DNA of 64,000 nucleotides, from the NCBI RefSeq assembly GCF_013315695.1, contig NZ_CP054353.1. The stretch is one strand, 5' to 3'. The DNA comes from Escherichia coli (lineage in GTDB: Bacteria; Pseudomonadota; Gammaproteobacteria; Enterobacterales; Enterobacteriaceae). A program made the translations under genes and the position numbers. Every line of letters starts with the position of its first letter. Position 1 is the first letter of the stretch. The notes beneath the pieces are model-generated. The model was given only the letters and a program-made list of their open reading frames with translations, was not told the origin of the DNA and did no database searches. Positions 12,005-23,114 of this stretch are shown piece by piece.

Positions 12005-12991
12005 ATGAAATTACGCTCTGTAACCTACGCATTATTCATTGCTGGCCTGGCTGCATTTAGTACATCTTCAATGGCGGCGCAATCTTTACGTTTCGGTTAT
12101 GAAACCTCACAAACCGACTCGCAACATATTGCGGCGAAAAAATTCAATGATTTATTGCAGGAGAGAACCAAAGGCGAGCTGAAATTAAAACTGTTCCCGG
12201 ACAGCACTCTCGGTAACGCGCAGGCGATGATCAGCGGCGTACGTGGCGGCACCATCGATATGGAAATGTCCGGCTCGAATAACTTTGCCGGGTTATCACC
12301 AGTGATGAACTTGCTTGATGTCCCTTTCCTGTTCCGCGATACCGCTCACGCGCATAAAACGCTCGACGGCAAAGTCGGTGATGATCTGAAAGCCTCACTT
12401 GAAGGTAAAGGACTAAAAGTACTGGCCTACTGGGAAAACGGCTGGCGCGATGTCACCAACTCGCGCGCACCGGTTAAAACCCCCGCCGACCTGAAAGGGC
12501 TGAAAATCCGCACCAACAATAGTCCGATGAATATCGCAGCATTCAAAGTCTTTGGCGCTAACCCGATCCCGATGCCGTTTGCCGAAGTCTATACCGGGCT
12601 GGAAACGCGCACTATCGACGCTCAGGAACACCCGATCAACGTCGTCTGGTCAGCAAAATTTTTCGAAGTACAGAAGTACCTTTCTCTGACGCACCACGCC
12701 TATTCGCCACTTTTGGTGGTGATCAACAAAGCGAAGTTTGATGGCTTAAGCCCGGAATTCCAGCAGGCGCTGATCTCATCTGCGCAGGAAGCGGGTAACT
12801 ACCAGCGCAAACTGGTTGCTGAAGATCAGCAAAAAATCATCGATGGCATGAAAGAAGCGGGCGTGGAAGTCATCACCGATCTCGACCGCAAAGCCTTTAG
12901 CGACGCGCTGGGTAATCAGGTTCGCGACATGTTTGTTAAAGATGTTCCGCAGGGTGCTGATCTGCTGAAAGCCGTGGATGAGGTGCAATAA
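12005..12991 (+). CDS. yiaO: TRAP transporter periplasmic solute-binding protein YiaO
   Basis: 328 aa with signal peptide; DctP-like. Confidence 0.85.
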   Translation: MKLRSVTYALFIAGLAAFSTSSMAAQSLRFGYETSQTDSQHIAAKKFNDLLQERTKGELKLKLFPDSTLGNAQAMISGVRGGTIDMEMSGSNNFAGLSPVMNLLDVPFLFRDTAHAHKTLDGKVGDDLKASLEGKGLKVLAYWENGWRDVTNSRAPVKTPADLKGLKIRTNNSPMNIAAFKVFGANPIPMPFAEVYTGLETRTIDAQEHPINVVWSAKFFEVQKYLSLTHHAYSPLLVVINKAKFDGLSPEFQQALISSAQEAGNYQRKLVAEDQQKIIDGMKEAGVEVITDLDRKAFSDALGNQVRDMFVKDVPQGADLLKAVDEVQ

Positions 12992-12994
12992 ACC

Positions 12995-14491
12995 ATGACG
13001 CAATACTGGCTGGGGTTAGATTGTGGCGGTAGCTGGCTGAAAGCCGGGCTGTATGACCGCGAAGGCCGGGAGGCAAGCGTGCAGCGCCTGCCGCTGTGCG
13101 CATTAAGCCCGCAGCCAGGCTGGGCAGAGCGCGATATGGCAGAACTGTGGCAATGCTGCATGGCTGTCATTCGCACCCTGCTTACTCATTCTGGTGTCAG
13201 CGGGGAGCAAATAGTGGGTATCGGTATCTCCGCACAGGGAAAGGGCTTGTTTTTGCTGGATAAAAACGACAAGCCGCTCGGGAATGCTATTTTGTCCTCG
13301 GACCGCCGGGCGATGGAAATCGTTCGTCGCTGGCAGGAAGATGGCATCCCGGAAAAACTCTACCCGCTGGCCCGACAAACCTTGTGGACCGGGCATCCGG
13401 TGTCGCTGTTACGCTGGCTGAAAGAGCACGAACCAGAACGCTACGCGCAAATTGGCTGCGTGATGATGACGCACGACTACCTGCGCTGGTGTTTAACTGG
13501 CGTCAAAGGCTGTGAAGAGAGCAATATTTCTGAGTCCAATCTCTACAACATGAGTCTTGAGGAATATGACCCGTGCCTCACCGACTGGCTGGGGATCGCT
13601 GAAATCAACCACGCCCTGCCGCCTGTTGTCGGATCTGCCGAAATTTGCGGGGAAATCACCGCTCAGACAGCCGCACTGACCGGTCTGAAAGCGGGCACCC
13701 CCGTTGTCGGCGGCCTGTTTGATGTGGTTTCCACCGCACTCTGTGCCGGGATCGAAGACGAATTTACCCTCAATGCGGTGATGGGCACCTGGGCGGTGAC
13801 CAGCGGCATAACCCGTGGTTTACGTGACGGTGAAGCGCATCCGTATGTCTATGGTCGCTACGTTAACGATGGTCAATTTATCGTTCACGAAGCCAGCCCC
13901 ACCTCTTCCGGCAACCTCGAATGGTTTACCGCACAGTGGGGAGAAATCTCGTTTGATGAGATTAACCAGGCCGTTGCCAGCTTGCCGAAGGCCGGGGGCG
14001 ATCTCTTTTTCCTGCCGTTCCTGTACGGCAGCAACGCCGGATTGGAGATGACCAGCGGTTTCTACGGGATGCAGGCCATTCATACCCGCGCACACCTGTT
14101 GCAGGCCATTTATGAAGGGGTGGTATTCAGCCATATGACCCATCTCAACCGGATGCGCGAACGTTTTACTGATGTGCACACCCTGCGCGTCACTGGCGGC
14201 CCGGCGCATTCCGATGTCTGGATGCAAATGCTGGCGGACGTCAGCGGGCTGCGTATCGAACTGCCGCAGGTGGAAGAAACCGGCTGCTTTGGTGCGGCAC
14301 TTGCCGCCCGCGTCGGCACCGGAGTTTATCGCGATTTCAGCGAAGCCCAACGTGACTTACAGCACCCGGTACGCACCCTGCTGCCGGATATGACCGCACA
14401 TCAGCTTTACCAACAAAAATACCAACGCTATCAGCATCTCATTGCCGCACTTCAGGGCTTTCACGCCCGCATCAAGGAGCACACATTATGA
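12995..14491 (+). CDS. lyxK: L-xylulose/3-keto-L-gulonate kinase LyxK
   Basis: 498-aa FGGY-family carbohydrate kinase. Confidence 0.85.
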   Translation: MTQYWLGLDCGGSWLKAGLYDREGREASVQRLPLCALSPQPGWAERDMAELWQCCMAVIRTLLTHSGVSGEQIVGIGISAQGKGLFLLDKNDKPLGNAILSSDRRAMEIVRRWQEDGIPEKLYPLARQTLWTGHPVSLLRWLKEHEPERYAQIGCVMMTHDYLRWCLTGVKGCEESNISESNLYNMSLEEYDPCLTDWLGIAEINHALPPVVGSAEICGEITAQTAALTGLKAGTPVVGGLFDVVSTALCAGIEDEFTLNAVMGTWAVTSGITRGLRDGEAHPYVYGRYVNDGQFIVHEASPTSSGNLEWFTAQWGEISFDEINQAVASLPKAGGDLFFLPFLYGSNAGLEMTSGFYGMQAIHTRAHLLQAIYEGVVFSHMTHLNRMRERFTDVHTLRVTGGPAHSDVWMQMLADVSGLRIELPQVEETGCFGAALAARVGTGVYRDFSEAQRDLQHPVRTLLPDMTAHQLYQQKYQRYQHLIAALQGFHARIKEHTL

Positions 14492-15150
14492 GCCGACCAC
14501 TTCTGCAACTGGCCCTCGACCACTCATCACTTGAAGACGCACAGCGCGACGTGATGCTGTTAAAAGGCAGCGTCGATATCGTCGAAGCGGGCACCATTCT
14601 CTGTTTAAACGAAGGGCTTGGCGCGGTGAAAGCCTTGCGCGAACAGTGCCCGGATAAAATCATCGTTGCTGACTGGAAGGTCGCCGACGCGGGTGAAACG
14701 CTCGCACAACAGGCGTTTGGCGCGGGTGCCAACTGGATGACCATCATCTGCGCTGCGCCGCTCGCGACGGTGGAAAAAGGCCACGCCATGGCGCAACGCT
14801 GCGGTGGTGAAATTCAGATAGAGCTGTTCGGTAACTGGACGCTGGACGACGCCCGCGACTGGCATCGTATTGGCGTGCGGCAGGCCATTTATCATCGTGG
14901 TCGTGATGCACAGGCCAGCGGGCAACAGTGGGGCGAAGCCGATCTGGCACGCATGAAGGCACTTTCCGATATCGGCCTTGAGCTTTCCATTACCGGCGGG
15001 ATTACCCCTGCTGACCTGCCGCTGTTTAAAGATATCCGCGTGAAAGCCTTTATTGCCGGGCGGGCGCTGGCAGGCGCAGCAAATCCGGCGCAGGTGGCTG
15101 GCGATTTCCATGCACAAATTGATGCCATCTGGGGAGGTGCGCGTGCGTAA
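14488..15150 (+). CDS. sgbH: 3-keto-L-gulonate-6-phosphate decarboxylase SgbH
   Basis: 220-aa OMP-decarboxylase-like protein; ATGA overlap with the lyxK stop. Confidence 0.85.
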   Translation: MSRPLLQLALDHSSLEDAQRDVMLLKGSVDIVEAGTILCLNEGLGAVKALREQCPDKIIVADWKVADAGETLAQQAFGAGANWMTIICAAPLATVEKGHAMAQRCGGEIQIELFGNWTLDDARDWHRIGVRQAIYHRGRDAQASGQQWGEADLARMKALSDIGLELSITGGITPADLPLFKDIRVKAFIAGRALAGAANPAQVAGDFHAQIDAIWGGARA

Positions 15151-16003
15151 TCATCCGTTAGGGATTTATGAAAAAGCGCTGGCGAAAGATCTCTCCTGGC
15201 CGGAGCGGCTGGTGCTGGCAAAAAGCTGTGGCTTTGATTTTGTCGAAATGTCGGTGGATGAAACCGACGAACGGCTCTCACGTCTTGACTGGAGCGCCGC
15301 ACAACGTGCTTCGCTGGTCACTGCGATGATCGAAACGGGTGTTGCCATTCCGTCAATGTGCCTGTCTGCCCATCGTCGTTTTCCCTTTGGCAGCCGGGAC
15401 GAGGCAGTGCGCGAACGGGCGCGGGAAATCATGAGTAAAGCGATTCGCCTGGCGCGCGATCTCGGCATTCGCACCATCCAGCTGGCAGGTTATGACGTCT
15501 ATTACGAAGACCACGACGAAGGCACCCAACAACGTTTTGCTGAAGGGCTGGCGTGGGCAGTCGAACAGGCGGCGGCATCACAAGTCATGCTGGCGGTGGA
15601 GATTATGGATACCGCGTTTATGAACTCCATCAGCAAATGGAAAAAATGGGACGAGATGCTCGCCTCGCCGTGGTTCACCGTCTACCCGGACGTCGGCAAC
15701 CTCAGCGCCTGGGGCAATGATGTTCCCGCCGAACTGAAACTGGGCATTGACCGTATCGCCGCGATCCACCTGAAAGACACCCTGCCAGTCACCGGGCAAA
15801 GCCCCGGACAGTTCCGTGATGTGCCGTTTGGCGAAGGCTGCGTCGATTTCGTTGGCATCTTCAAAACGCTGCATGAACTGAACTATCGCGGATCATTTCT
15901 GATTGAGATGTGGACCGAAAAAGCCAAAGAGCCGGTGCTGGAGATTATTCAGGCGCGGCGCTGGATTGAAGCGCGTATGCAGGAGGCCGGATTTATATGT
16001 TAG
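15143..16003 (+). CDS. sgbU: L-xylulose-5-phosphate 3-epimerase SgbU
   Basis: 286 aa from GTG at 15143 ([15 protein letters not shown]); the six-frame ORF extends upstream into sgbH. Confidence 0.8.
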   Translation: MRNHPLGIYEKALAKDLSWPERLVLAKSCGFDFVEMSVDETDERLSRLDWSAAQRASLVTAMIETGVAIPSMCLSAHRRFPFGSRDEAVRERAREIMSKAIRLARDLGIRTIQLAGYDVYYEDHDEGTQQRFAEGLAWAVEQAAASQVMLAVEIMDTAFMNSISKWKKWDEMLASPWFTVYPDVGNLSAWGNDVPAELKLGIDRIAAIHLKDTLPVTGQSPGQFRDVPFGEGCVDFVGIFKTLHELNYRGSFLIEMWTEKAKEPVLEIIQARRWIEARMQEAGFIC

Positions 16004-16692
16004 AGCAACTAAAAGCCGACGTGCTGGCGGCGAATCTGGCGCTTCCCGTTCATCATCTGGTGACGTTCACCTGGGGCAATGTCAGCGCGGTAGACGAAAC
16101 GCGGCAATGGATGGTAATCAAACCTTCCGGCGTCGAGTACAACGTGATGACCGCCGACGATATGGTAGTGGTTGAGATAGCCACCGGTAAGGTGGTGGAA
16201 GGCAGAAAAAAACCCTCGTCCGACACGCCAACGCATCTGGCGCTTTACCGTCGCTATGCCGAAATTGGCGGTATTGTGCATACCCACTCGCGCCACGCCA
16301 CCATCTGGTCGCAGGCCGGGCTGGATCTCCCCGCCTGGGGCACCACGCACGCTGATTACTTCTATGGTGCCATCCCCTGCACGCGACAGATGACCGCAGA
16401 GGAGATCAACGGCGAGTATGAATACCAGACCGGCGAAGTGATCATTAAAACCTTCGAAGAACGTGGGTTGAACCCGGCACAAATCCCGGCTGTACTGGTG
16501 CATTCTCACGGCCCGTTCGCCTGGGGAAAAAACGCCGCCGATGCGGTGCATAACGCCGTGGTGCTGGAAGAGTGCGCCTATATGGGCCTGTTCTCGCACC
16601 AGCTTGCGCCGCAGCTCCCTGCGATGCAAAACGAACTGCTGGATAAGCACTACCTGCGTAAACATGGGACCAATGCCTATTACGGGCAGTAA
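15997..16692 (+). CDS. sgbE: L-ribulose-5-phosphate 4-epimerase SgbE
   Basis: 231-aa class II aldolase/epimerase (AraD-like). Confidence 0.85.
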   Translation: MLEQLKADVLAANLALPVHHLVTFTWGNVSAVDETRQWMVIKPSGVEYNVMTADDMVVVEIATGKVVEGRKKPSSDTPTHLALYRRYAEIGGIVHTHSRHATIWSQAGLDLPAWGTTHADYFYGAIPCTRQMTAEEINGEYEYQTGEVIIKTFEERGLNPAQIPAVLVHSHGPFAWGKNAADAVHNAVVLEECAYMGLFSHQLAPQLPAMQNELLDKHYLRKHGTNAYYGQ

Positions 16693-16723
16693 TCCCTCAC
16701 GCCGGGGCTTCATCGCCCCGGCA

Positions 16724-17539
16724 CTACGAATTGATATGTTCCTTGCTGTAACGCCGCTTCCACGCTGCTGGCGTTAAACCAGTGTGTTTGCGAAAAATCT
16801 GCCGGAAATAGCCAACGTCATTAAACCCGCACAACGCCGCCACTTCAGTGAGCGATCGCGCTTCGCTAATTAACAGCTTTTCGGCTTCGCGCACTCGCTG
16901 GCGATGAATTGCTTCTGTTAACGTCAGATGAAACACCCGCCGATAGACGCGCCCAAGATAATCGGCATTGCAGTACAGCTCGCGGGCTAAAAGCGCCGTG
17001 GAAAGCGGGCGGTGATATTGCGTGCGAATCAGTTTCTGTGCTTTCCAGGCAAGGGTGGTGCCTGCACCATCGGCCTGTTCATCAAGACGCGCGTCACGGG
17101 TGAGCTGCTGCAAAATCAGCAGCACAATAAACTCCAGCGCCGGAGTGCGTTGATGCTTTTCCTGTTCGCTTAAGAACTGGCGAAACAAGGCCACCAGCAC
17201 CTGCGGATCGGCAACCTTAGTTTGTTGCGGCACGCTAAGATGAGTGAGCCAGCGCGGATCGTTGTCCGGCGCTTTAACCTCAAAATGCAGCCAGTAAAAT
17301 TTGAGATCGGCGGGAAAATCCTCCACCCCAACATGCTGTCGGTTCGGCCAGAGTAATAAACTCTCTCCCGCATCGACCAGAAATATCCGCTCTTCTTCCT
17401 GAATCGCTAATCGACCTTTTTCGACAAAGATAATTTCCCATGACTCCAGCCGCCTTGCCGGATGCCTCCCTACGCCACGGGAAATAAATAATCCACCATT
17501 TTGCACTTTAATCGGTAACGTCATGGATAATTCGAGCAT
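16724..17539 (-). CDS. AraC/XylS-family transcriptional regulator (accessory sugar-utilisation cassette)
   Basis: 271 aa; N-terminal cupin-like sensor and C-terminal AraC HTH; divergent from the transporter gene. Confidence 0.8.
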   Translation of the reverse strand: MLELSMTLPIKVQNGGLFISRGVGRHPARRLESWEIIFVEKGRLAIQEEERIFLVDAGESLLLWPNRQHVGVEDFPADLKFYWLHFEVKAPDNDPRWLTHLSVPQQTKVADPQVLVALFRQFLSEQEKHQRTPALEFIVLLILQQLTRDARLDEQADGAGTTLAWKAQKLIRTQYHRPLSTALLARELYCNADYLGRVYRRVFHLTLTEAIHRQRVREAEKLLISEARSLTEVAALCGFNDVGYFRQIFRKHTGLTPAAWKRRYSKEHINS

Positions 17540-17587
17540 TGATATGTAATTTCCCGCTTATTCATTAATGATTAAACACATTACCTT

Positions 17588-17602
17588 TTGATTATTAATC
17601 AA
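17588..17602. promoter_or_regulatory. 7-1-7 inverted repeat TTGATTA-t-TAATCAA in the divergent AraC/transporter promoter region (candidate operator)
   Basis: Inverted repeat read directly in the 225-bp intergenic region. Confidence 0.3.
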
Positions 17603-17764
17603 AAACATTAATTTCACCTGATCCAATTCACACTTTTAAATTCAGGTCGGAATCGTCACCTTTTTTTACTCTTTTCTCGCCTTGTTGATATTCCCGTTCA
17701 CGGCAGAATTAATCATGTCATTGCAATAAAACTAAAAATTGCTCCCTATTCACGAGGAATATCT

Positions 17765-19165
17765 ATGACCTCTACACCGATTACTACCGCTGATATCGCT
17801 AAAGGTAAAATTGACGATGCGTTATCTGTACGGGAAAAAATAGGCTACGGCCTGGGTGACGCAGGCGGCACCGTAATAACTTGCCTGATCATGAACTTTC
17901 TCACCTTTTTCTACACCGACGTTTTTGGCTTAACTCCGGCGCTGGTCGGCACGCTGTTTATTGCACTGCGCGTGTTTGATGCCATCTCCGACCCGGTGAT
18001 GGGCGTCATTGCCGACCGGACGCAAAGTCGCTGGGGGCGCTTTCGTCCGTGGCAGTTATGGATTGCCATTCCCATCGGCATTATCGGCATCCTGACGTTC
18101 ACCGTGCCAGATGCCAGCATGGGAGTAAAAATCGCCTGGGCGTTCGGTACTTACCTGCTCCTTTCAGTCGGTTATACCGCCATCAACGTACCGTACTGCG
18201 CGCTGATCAACACCATGACCACCCGCCACAATGAAGTGATCTCCTGCCAGTCCTGGCGATTCGTTCTCTGCGGCGTAGCGGGATTTCTGGTTTCGGTAGG
18301 CTTACCGTGGATGGTAGATCTCTTCGGGCAGGGTAATGCCGCGCGCGGCTATCAACTGGGCGTCGGCGTATTGTGCGCCATTGCCGTGGTGATGTTCCTG
18401 TGCTGTTTCTTCTGGGTTCGTGAACGGGTGCCGCTCTCCACAATGGGGAAATTTACCCTGCGCGAACATCTTGCCGGGCTGCGGAACAACGACCAACTGC
18501 TGCTGATGCTGGTCATGTCTTTCCTGCTGATTAACGTCTTTAATATTCGCGGCGGTGGGTATATGTACTTCATTACCTACGTCTTACAAGGCAGTACGGG
18601 CTACACGTCGCTGTTCTTCACCATGGTCACCTTCGCCTCCATTATCGGCTCGGTGATTGTCAGCCCATTAACGCGGCGTTTCGATACCGTCAAAATTTAT
18701 TACTACACCAACCTGCTCCTCGCTTCACTGGCGGTGTTGATGTGGTTCCTGCCCTCCGGCCCGGCTTATCAAACGCTGTGGCTGGCGGTGATCCTCGGTA
18801 ATGGCGTGATTCTTGGCTTCACATTGCCACTGCACTTCTCATTGATGGCCTTTGCCGATGACTACGGCGAGTGGAAAACCCGCGTACGTTCTTCCGGCAT
18901 GAACTTCGCCTTCAATCTGTTTTTCATCAAGCTGGCCTGGGCCTCCAGCGCCGGGATCATCAGCCTGCTGTTTATTTTTGTCGCCTACCAGCCAGGCGTG
19001 GAAAACCAGACCACCAGTTCGCTTGGCGGGATCGCGGCGATGGAAACATTGCTGCCTGCGCTGTTCCACCTGCTGCTGGCGATGGCGATCCGCTTTTGCA
19101 AACTCAATAACCCTATGATGTCACGCATTGCTAGCGACCTGCGTCAGCGTCATGTACAGCCTTAA
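17765..19165 (+). CDS. glycoside-pentoside-hexuronide (GPH) family cation symporter, MelB-like
   Basis: 466-aa 12-TM-type protein with N-terminal GYGLGD motif typical of GPH transporters. Confidence 0.8.
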   Translation: MTSTPITTADIAKGKIDDALSVREKIGYGLGDAGGTVITCLIMNFLTFFYTDVFGLTPALVGTLFIALRVFDAISDPVMGVIADRTQSRWGRFRPWQLWIAIPIGIIGILTFTVPDASMGVKIAWAFGTYLLLSVGYTAINVPYCALINTMTTRHNEVISCQSWRFVLCGVAGFLVSVGLPWMVDLFGQGNAARGYQLGVGVLCAIAVVMFLCCFFWVRERVPLSTMGKFTLREHLAGLRNNDQLLLMLVMSFLLINVFNIRGGGYMYFITYVLQGSTGYTSLFFTMVTFASIIGSVIVSPLTRRFDTVKIYYYTNLLLASLAVLMWFLPSGPAYQTLWLAVILGNGVILGFTLPLHFSLMAFADDYGEWKTRVRSSGMNFAFNLFFIKLAWASSAGIISLLFIFVAYQPGVENQTTSSLGGIAAMETLLPALFHLLLAMAIRFCKLNNPMMSRIASDLRQRHVQP

Positions 19166-19175
19166 GGAGCACAAG

Positions 19176-21155
19176 ATGAACATTTCGGAAGTCGATCTGC
19201 ATAAACTGACGGTCAGCGATCCGTTCCTCGGTCAGTACCAACAACTGGTCCGCGATGTGGTGATTCCTTATCAGTGGGACGCCTTGAACGATCGTATCCC
19301 AGAAGCGGAACCCAGCCATGCGATTGAAAACTTTCGCATTGCCGCAGGACTGCAAGACGGTGAATTTTACGGGATGGTGTTTCAGGACAGCGACGTCGCC
19401 AAATGGCTGGAAGCGGTAGCCTGGTCGCTGTGCCAGAAGCCGGACGCCGAACTGGAAAAAACCGCCGACGAGGTGATTGAACTGATCGCTTCCGCCCAGT
19501 GCGAAGATGGCTATCTCAATACTTACTTTACGGTAAAAGCGCCCGAAGAACGCTGGAGCAATCTGGCGGAGTGTCATGAACTTTACTGCGCCGGTCATCT
19601 GATTGAAGCCGGAGTCGCCTTCTTCCAGGCTACGGGCAAGCGGCGCTTGCTGGAAGTAGTTTGCCGTCTGACCGATCATATCGACAGCGTATTTGGTCCA
19701 GATGAAAGTAAGTTACACGGTTATCCTGGTCACCCGGAAATTGAACTGGCACTAATGCGCCTGTATGAAGTGACCGAAGAGCCGCGCTACCTGGCGTTGA
19801 CGAACTATTTTGTCGAACAGCGTGGTGCGCAACCGCACTATTACGACCAGGAATATGAAAAGCGCGGGCAGACCTCGCACTGGCACACCTACGGCCCGGC
19901 GTGGATGGTGAAAGATAAAGCCTACAGCCAGGCGCATTTGCCCATCGCACAGCAACAAACCGCCATCGGACATGCAGTACGCTTTGTATATCTGATGACT
20001 GGCGTCGCACATCTGGCGCGTTTAAGTCACGATGAAAGCAAGCGTCAGGATTGCCTGCGGCTGTGGAACAATATGGCCCAGCGTCAGTTATATATTACCG
20101 GCGGCATTGGCTCACAAAGCAGCGGCGAAGCGTTCAGCAGCGATTACGATCTGCCGAATGACACGGTTTACGCCGAAAGCTGTGCTTCCATCGGCCTGAT
20201 GATGTTCGCCCGGCGAATGCTGGAAATGGAAGGCGACAGTCAATATGCCGATGTGATGGAGCGCGCACTGTACAACACCGTGCTCGGCGGCATGGCGCTG
20301 GATGGCAAACATTTCTTCTATGTGAATCCGCTGGAAGTACATCCAAAATCGCTGAAATTCAACCATATCTACGATCACGTTAAGCCGATCCGCCAGCGTT
20401 GGTTTGGTTGCGCTTGTTGTCCGCCAAATATCGCCCGCGTGCTAACCTCGATTGGTCATTATCTCTACACGCCGCGTGAAGATGCGTTGTATATCAACAT
20501 CTACGCAGGAAACAGCATGGAAGTGCCGGTAGAAAATGGCACGTTGCGTCTGCGGGTTAGCGGAAACTATCCGTGGCAGGAACAGGTGACAATTGCGGTT
20601 GAATCGCCCCAGCCGGTGCGTCATACGCTGGCTTTACGTCTGCCGGACTGGTGCACACAGCCGCAGATCATATTGAATGGGGAAGAGGTCGAGCAGGATA
20701 TTCGTAAAGGGTATTTGCACATTACCCGCGAATGGCAGGAGGGCGACACGCTGAATCTAACTTTGCCAATGCCAGTACGTCGCGTTTACGGTAACCCGCT
20801 GGTGCGTCACGTCGCCGGAAAAGTGGCGATTCAGCGCGGCCCGCTGGTTTATTGCCTGGAACAGGCCGACAACGGCGAGTCACTGCATAACCTGTGGCTG
20901 CCCGCCGATGCGCCATTTACGACATTTGAAGGTAATGGATTGTTCCGCCATAAGATCTTAATCCAGGCACCGGGTTACCGGTATGAACAGAGCAATCCAG
21001 AGCAGCAACCGCTGTGGCATTACGACAGTGCGCCAGCCAAACGCCAGCCGCAAACTCTGACGTTTATCCCGTGGTTTAGCTGGGCTAACCGGGGTGAAGG
21101 CGAAATGCGGATCTGGGTGAATGAGGAAAAGCATTGCCATCCGGAGGTTGGATAA
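19176..21155 (+). CDS. glycoside hydrolase family 127 (DUF1680) protein, beta-L-arabinofuranosidase-like
   Basis: 659 aa from ATG at 19176 preceded by AAGGAG; contains the GCACCPPN cysteine-rich motif of GH127 enzymes; the six-frame ORF starts 48 bp earlier. Confidence 0.8.
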   Translation: MNISEVDLHKLTVSDPFLGQYQQLVRDVVIPYQWDALNDRIPEAEPSHAIENFRIAAGLQDGEFYGMVFQDSDVAKWLEAVAWSLCQKPDAELEKTADEVIELIASAQCEDGYLNTYFTVKAPEERWSNLAECHELYCAGHLIEAGVAFFQATGKRRLLEVVCRLTDHIDSVFGPDESKLHGYPGHPEIELALMRLYEVTEEPRYLALTNYFVEQRGAQPHYYDQEYEKRGQTSHWHTYGPAWMVKDKAYSQAHLPIAQQQTAIGHAVRFVYLMTGVAHLARLSHDESKRQDCLRLWNNMAQRQLYITGGIGSQSSGEAFSSDYDLPNDTVYAESCASIGLMMFARRMLEMEGDSQYADVMERALYNTVLGGMALDGKHFFYVNPLEVHPKSLKFNHIYDHVKPIRQRWFGCACCPPNIARVLTSIGHYLYTPREDALYINIYAGNSMEVPVENGTLRLRVSGNYPWQEQVTIAVESPQPVRHTLALRLPDWCTQPQIILNGEEVEQDIRKGYLHITREWQEGDTLNLTLPMPVRRVYGNPLVRHVAGKVAIQRGPLVYCLEQADNGESLHNLWLPADAPFTTFEGNGLFRHKILIQAPGYRYEQSNPEQQPLWHYDSAPAKRQPQTLTFIPWFSWANRGEGEMRIWVNEEKHCHPEVG

Positions 21156-21270
21156 GGCGCTCGCGCCGCATCCAACGTAGGGTGCACATTGCCTGATGCG
21201 ACGCTTAACACGTCTTATCAGGCCTACAAGTCGGTGCGAGAGCGTAGGCCAGCCGCACCGACATCCACCG
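21152..21270. repeat. REP/BIME palindromic units between the GH127 gene and yiaT
   Basis: Repeated GC-rich palindromes (gccgcatccaacgtagg, cctgatgcgacgc, cttatcaggcctac). Confidence 0.5.
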
Positions 21271-21275
21271 GTGAA

Positions 21276-22016
21276 TTAAAAACGCCAGCTCACGCCGGTG
21301 ACAAAGGTAAAACTCTCATTACGATCAACCATCGGGCTGTCGGTAATCTCTTCCGGCAGCTCGCTGTATCCGGCGCTCGCCATCAATACGACGTGCTCTC
21401 CTATCGGGTATTTTGCCGTCAGGCTGACATAGGGCACCCAGGCATCCTGCGCGGAATAACTTGCCAGACCGCTACGACGGGACTCACTCTCTGAAATGCC
21501 ATAGTAATAGTCACTGAAATTCTCGTCATAATAGAGAACGCCCAGCGCAGGTGTCAGCGACAGGCGACCTATCTGCATTTTGTGGAATACCGATAGCTCC
21601 CCCACCCAGCCGTTGCTGTTATCCAGAACGTCCGCAGCCGCAGAGGCTTTCACGGTTCCCCAACGCTCGTGGTGATACCAGGCAACCCCCGCCATAGCCG
21701 TACTATCACGCTTATCAAGCTGTTGCATGGCATAATCGTCATTATCGGCAGGGTCAAATTCCAGCGGCATCCAGGATGCGGTCAGGCTAAGTTCATTTTT
21801 TTCACTTTGCGACAGAATAAAACCTAACGTGGTCTGACGAACATAAAAAGTATCACCTTCATAACTAATCAGCGGAATTGCCTTTGTATTTTCATTATAA
21901 CCGCGATAAGGCGATTCATTATAAGCCGCACCAGCACCAATGGATAATTCAGAAGCAGTTGCACTTGCCATAAAAGGCAACGCAAATAACACCACAATAT
22001 TGCGGTTAATTAACAT
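21276..22016 (-). CDS. yiaT: MipA/OmpV-family outer membrane protein YiaT
   Basis: 246 aa with signal peptide and C-terminal aromatic residue (…VSWRF). Confidence 0.8.
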   Translation of the reverse strand: MLINRNIVVLFALPFMASATASELSIGAGAAYNESPYRGYNENTKAIPLISYEGDTFYVRQTTLGFILSQSEKNELSLTASWMPLEFDPADNDDYAMQQLDKRDSTAMAGVAWYHHERWGTVKASAAADVLDNSNGWVGELSVFHKMQIGRLSLTPALGVLYYDENFSDYYYGISESESRRSGLASYSAQDAWVPYVSLTAKYPIGEHVVLMASAGYSELPEEITDSPMVDRNESFTFVTGVSWRF

Positions 22017-22139
22017 GTCCGGTATTCCATTTTAAAATAAGATAAAAAAGAGTCGGCATAGTAATGCTTACAATTTCTCCGGTGCAAGATTCATATTTAT
22101 ATAGTAATATATAAAATTATATATAATTGGACTGTTGCG

Positions 22140-23114
22140 ATGACAAAATTACAACTTAAGTACCGGGAGTTAAAAATTATCTCGGTAATCGCTGCCAGTG
22201 AAAATATCAGCCATGCCGCGACTGTACTTGGCATCGCACAGGCCAACGTCAGCAAATATCTTGCTGATTTTGAATCAAAAGTGGGTTTAAAAGTCTTTGA
22301 CCGAACCACCCGACAGCTGATGCTCACACCTTTTGGCACCGTGCTGTTACCGTACATCAACGACATGCTGGACAGAAACGAGCAGCTTAATAATTTTATT
22401 GCAGATTATAAGCATGAGAAACGTGGTCGGGTCACTATCTATGCACCAACCGGCATAATTACCTATTTATCCAAACATGTAATCGATAAAATTAAAGATA
22501 TCGGTGATATCACCTTATCGCTAAAAACCTGCAATCTTGAGCGTAATGCCTTTTATGAAGGCGTCGAATTTCCCGATGATTGTGATGTTTTAATCAGCTA
22601 CGCCCAACCAAAAGATGAATCGCTGGTTGCCAGTTTTATTACCCAATATGCCGTAACCGCTTATGCCAGCCAGCGCTATCTTGGGAAACATCCCATTAGC
22701 CGTCCTGACGAACTCGAACATCACTCCTGTATTTTGATCGACTCGATGATGATCGACGACGCGAATATCTGGCGCTTCAACGTCGCCGGGAGTAAAGAGG
22801 TGCGGGATTATCGCGTGAAGGGAAATTACGTTTGCGACAACACGCAATCTGCGCTGGAGCTGGCACGAAATCACCTGGGGATTGTGTTTGCGCCAGACAA
22901 AAGTGTGCAGAGCGACCTGCAAGACGGCACGCTGGTGCCCTGCTTTCAGCACCCGTATGAATGGTGGCTGGATCTGGTGGCTATCTTCCGTAAACGGGAA
23001 TACCAGCCCTGGCGGGTCCAGTATGTGCTGGATGAAATGCTGCGTGAAATTCGCCACCAGCTTGCTCAGTCGCAGCAACTGCGGCCTGAACAAGCGGCGG
23101 AAAGCGAAGATTAA
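22140..23114 (+). CDS. yiaU: LysR-family transcriptional regulator YiaU
   Basis: 324 aa; N-terminal HTH and LysR substrate-binding domain. Confidence 0.85.
   Translation: MTKLQLKYRELKIISVIAASENISHAATVLGIAQANVSKYLADFESKVGLKVFDRTTRQLMLTPFGTVLLPYINDMLDRNEQLNNFIADYKHEKRGRVTIYAPTGIITYLSKHVIDKIKDIGDITLSLKTCNLERNAFYEGVEFPDDCDVLISYAQPKDESLVASFITQYAVTAYASQRYLGKHPISRPDELEHHSCILIDSMMIDDANIWRFNVAGSKEVRDYRVKGNYVCDNTQSALELARNHLGIVFAPDKSVQSDLQDGTLVPCFQHPYEWWLDLVAIFRKREYQPWRVQYVLDEMLREIRHQLAQSQQLRPEQAAESED

Noticed and set aside
13820-15302. Several minus-strand ORFs of 100-176 aa opposite lyxK, sgbH and sgbU
   Set aside because: Antisense frames in GC-rich coding sequence; the sense genes are intact and form a known operon.
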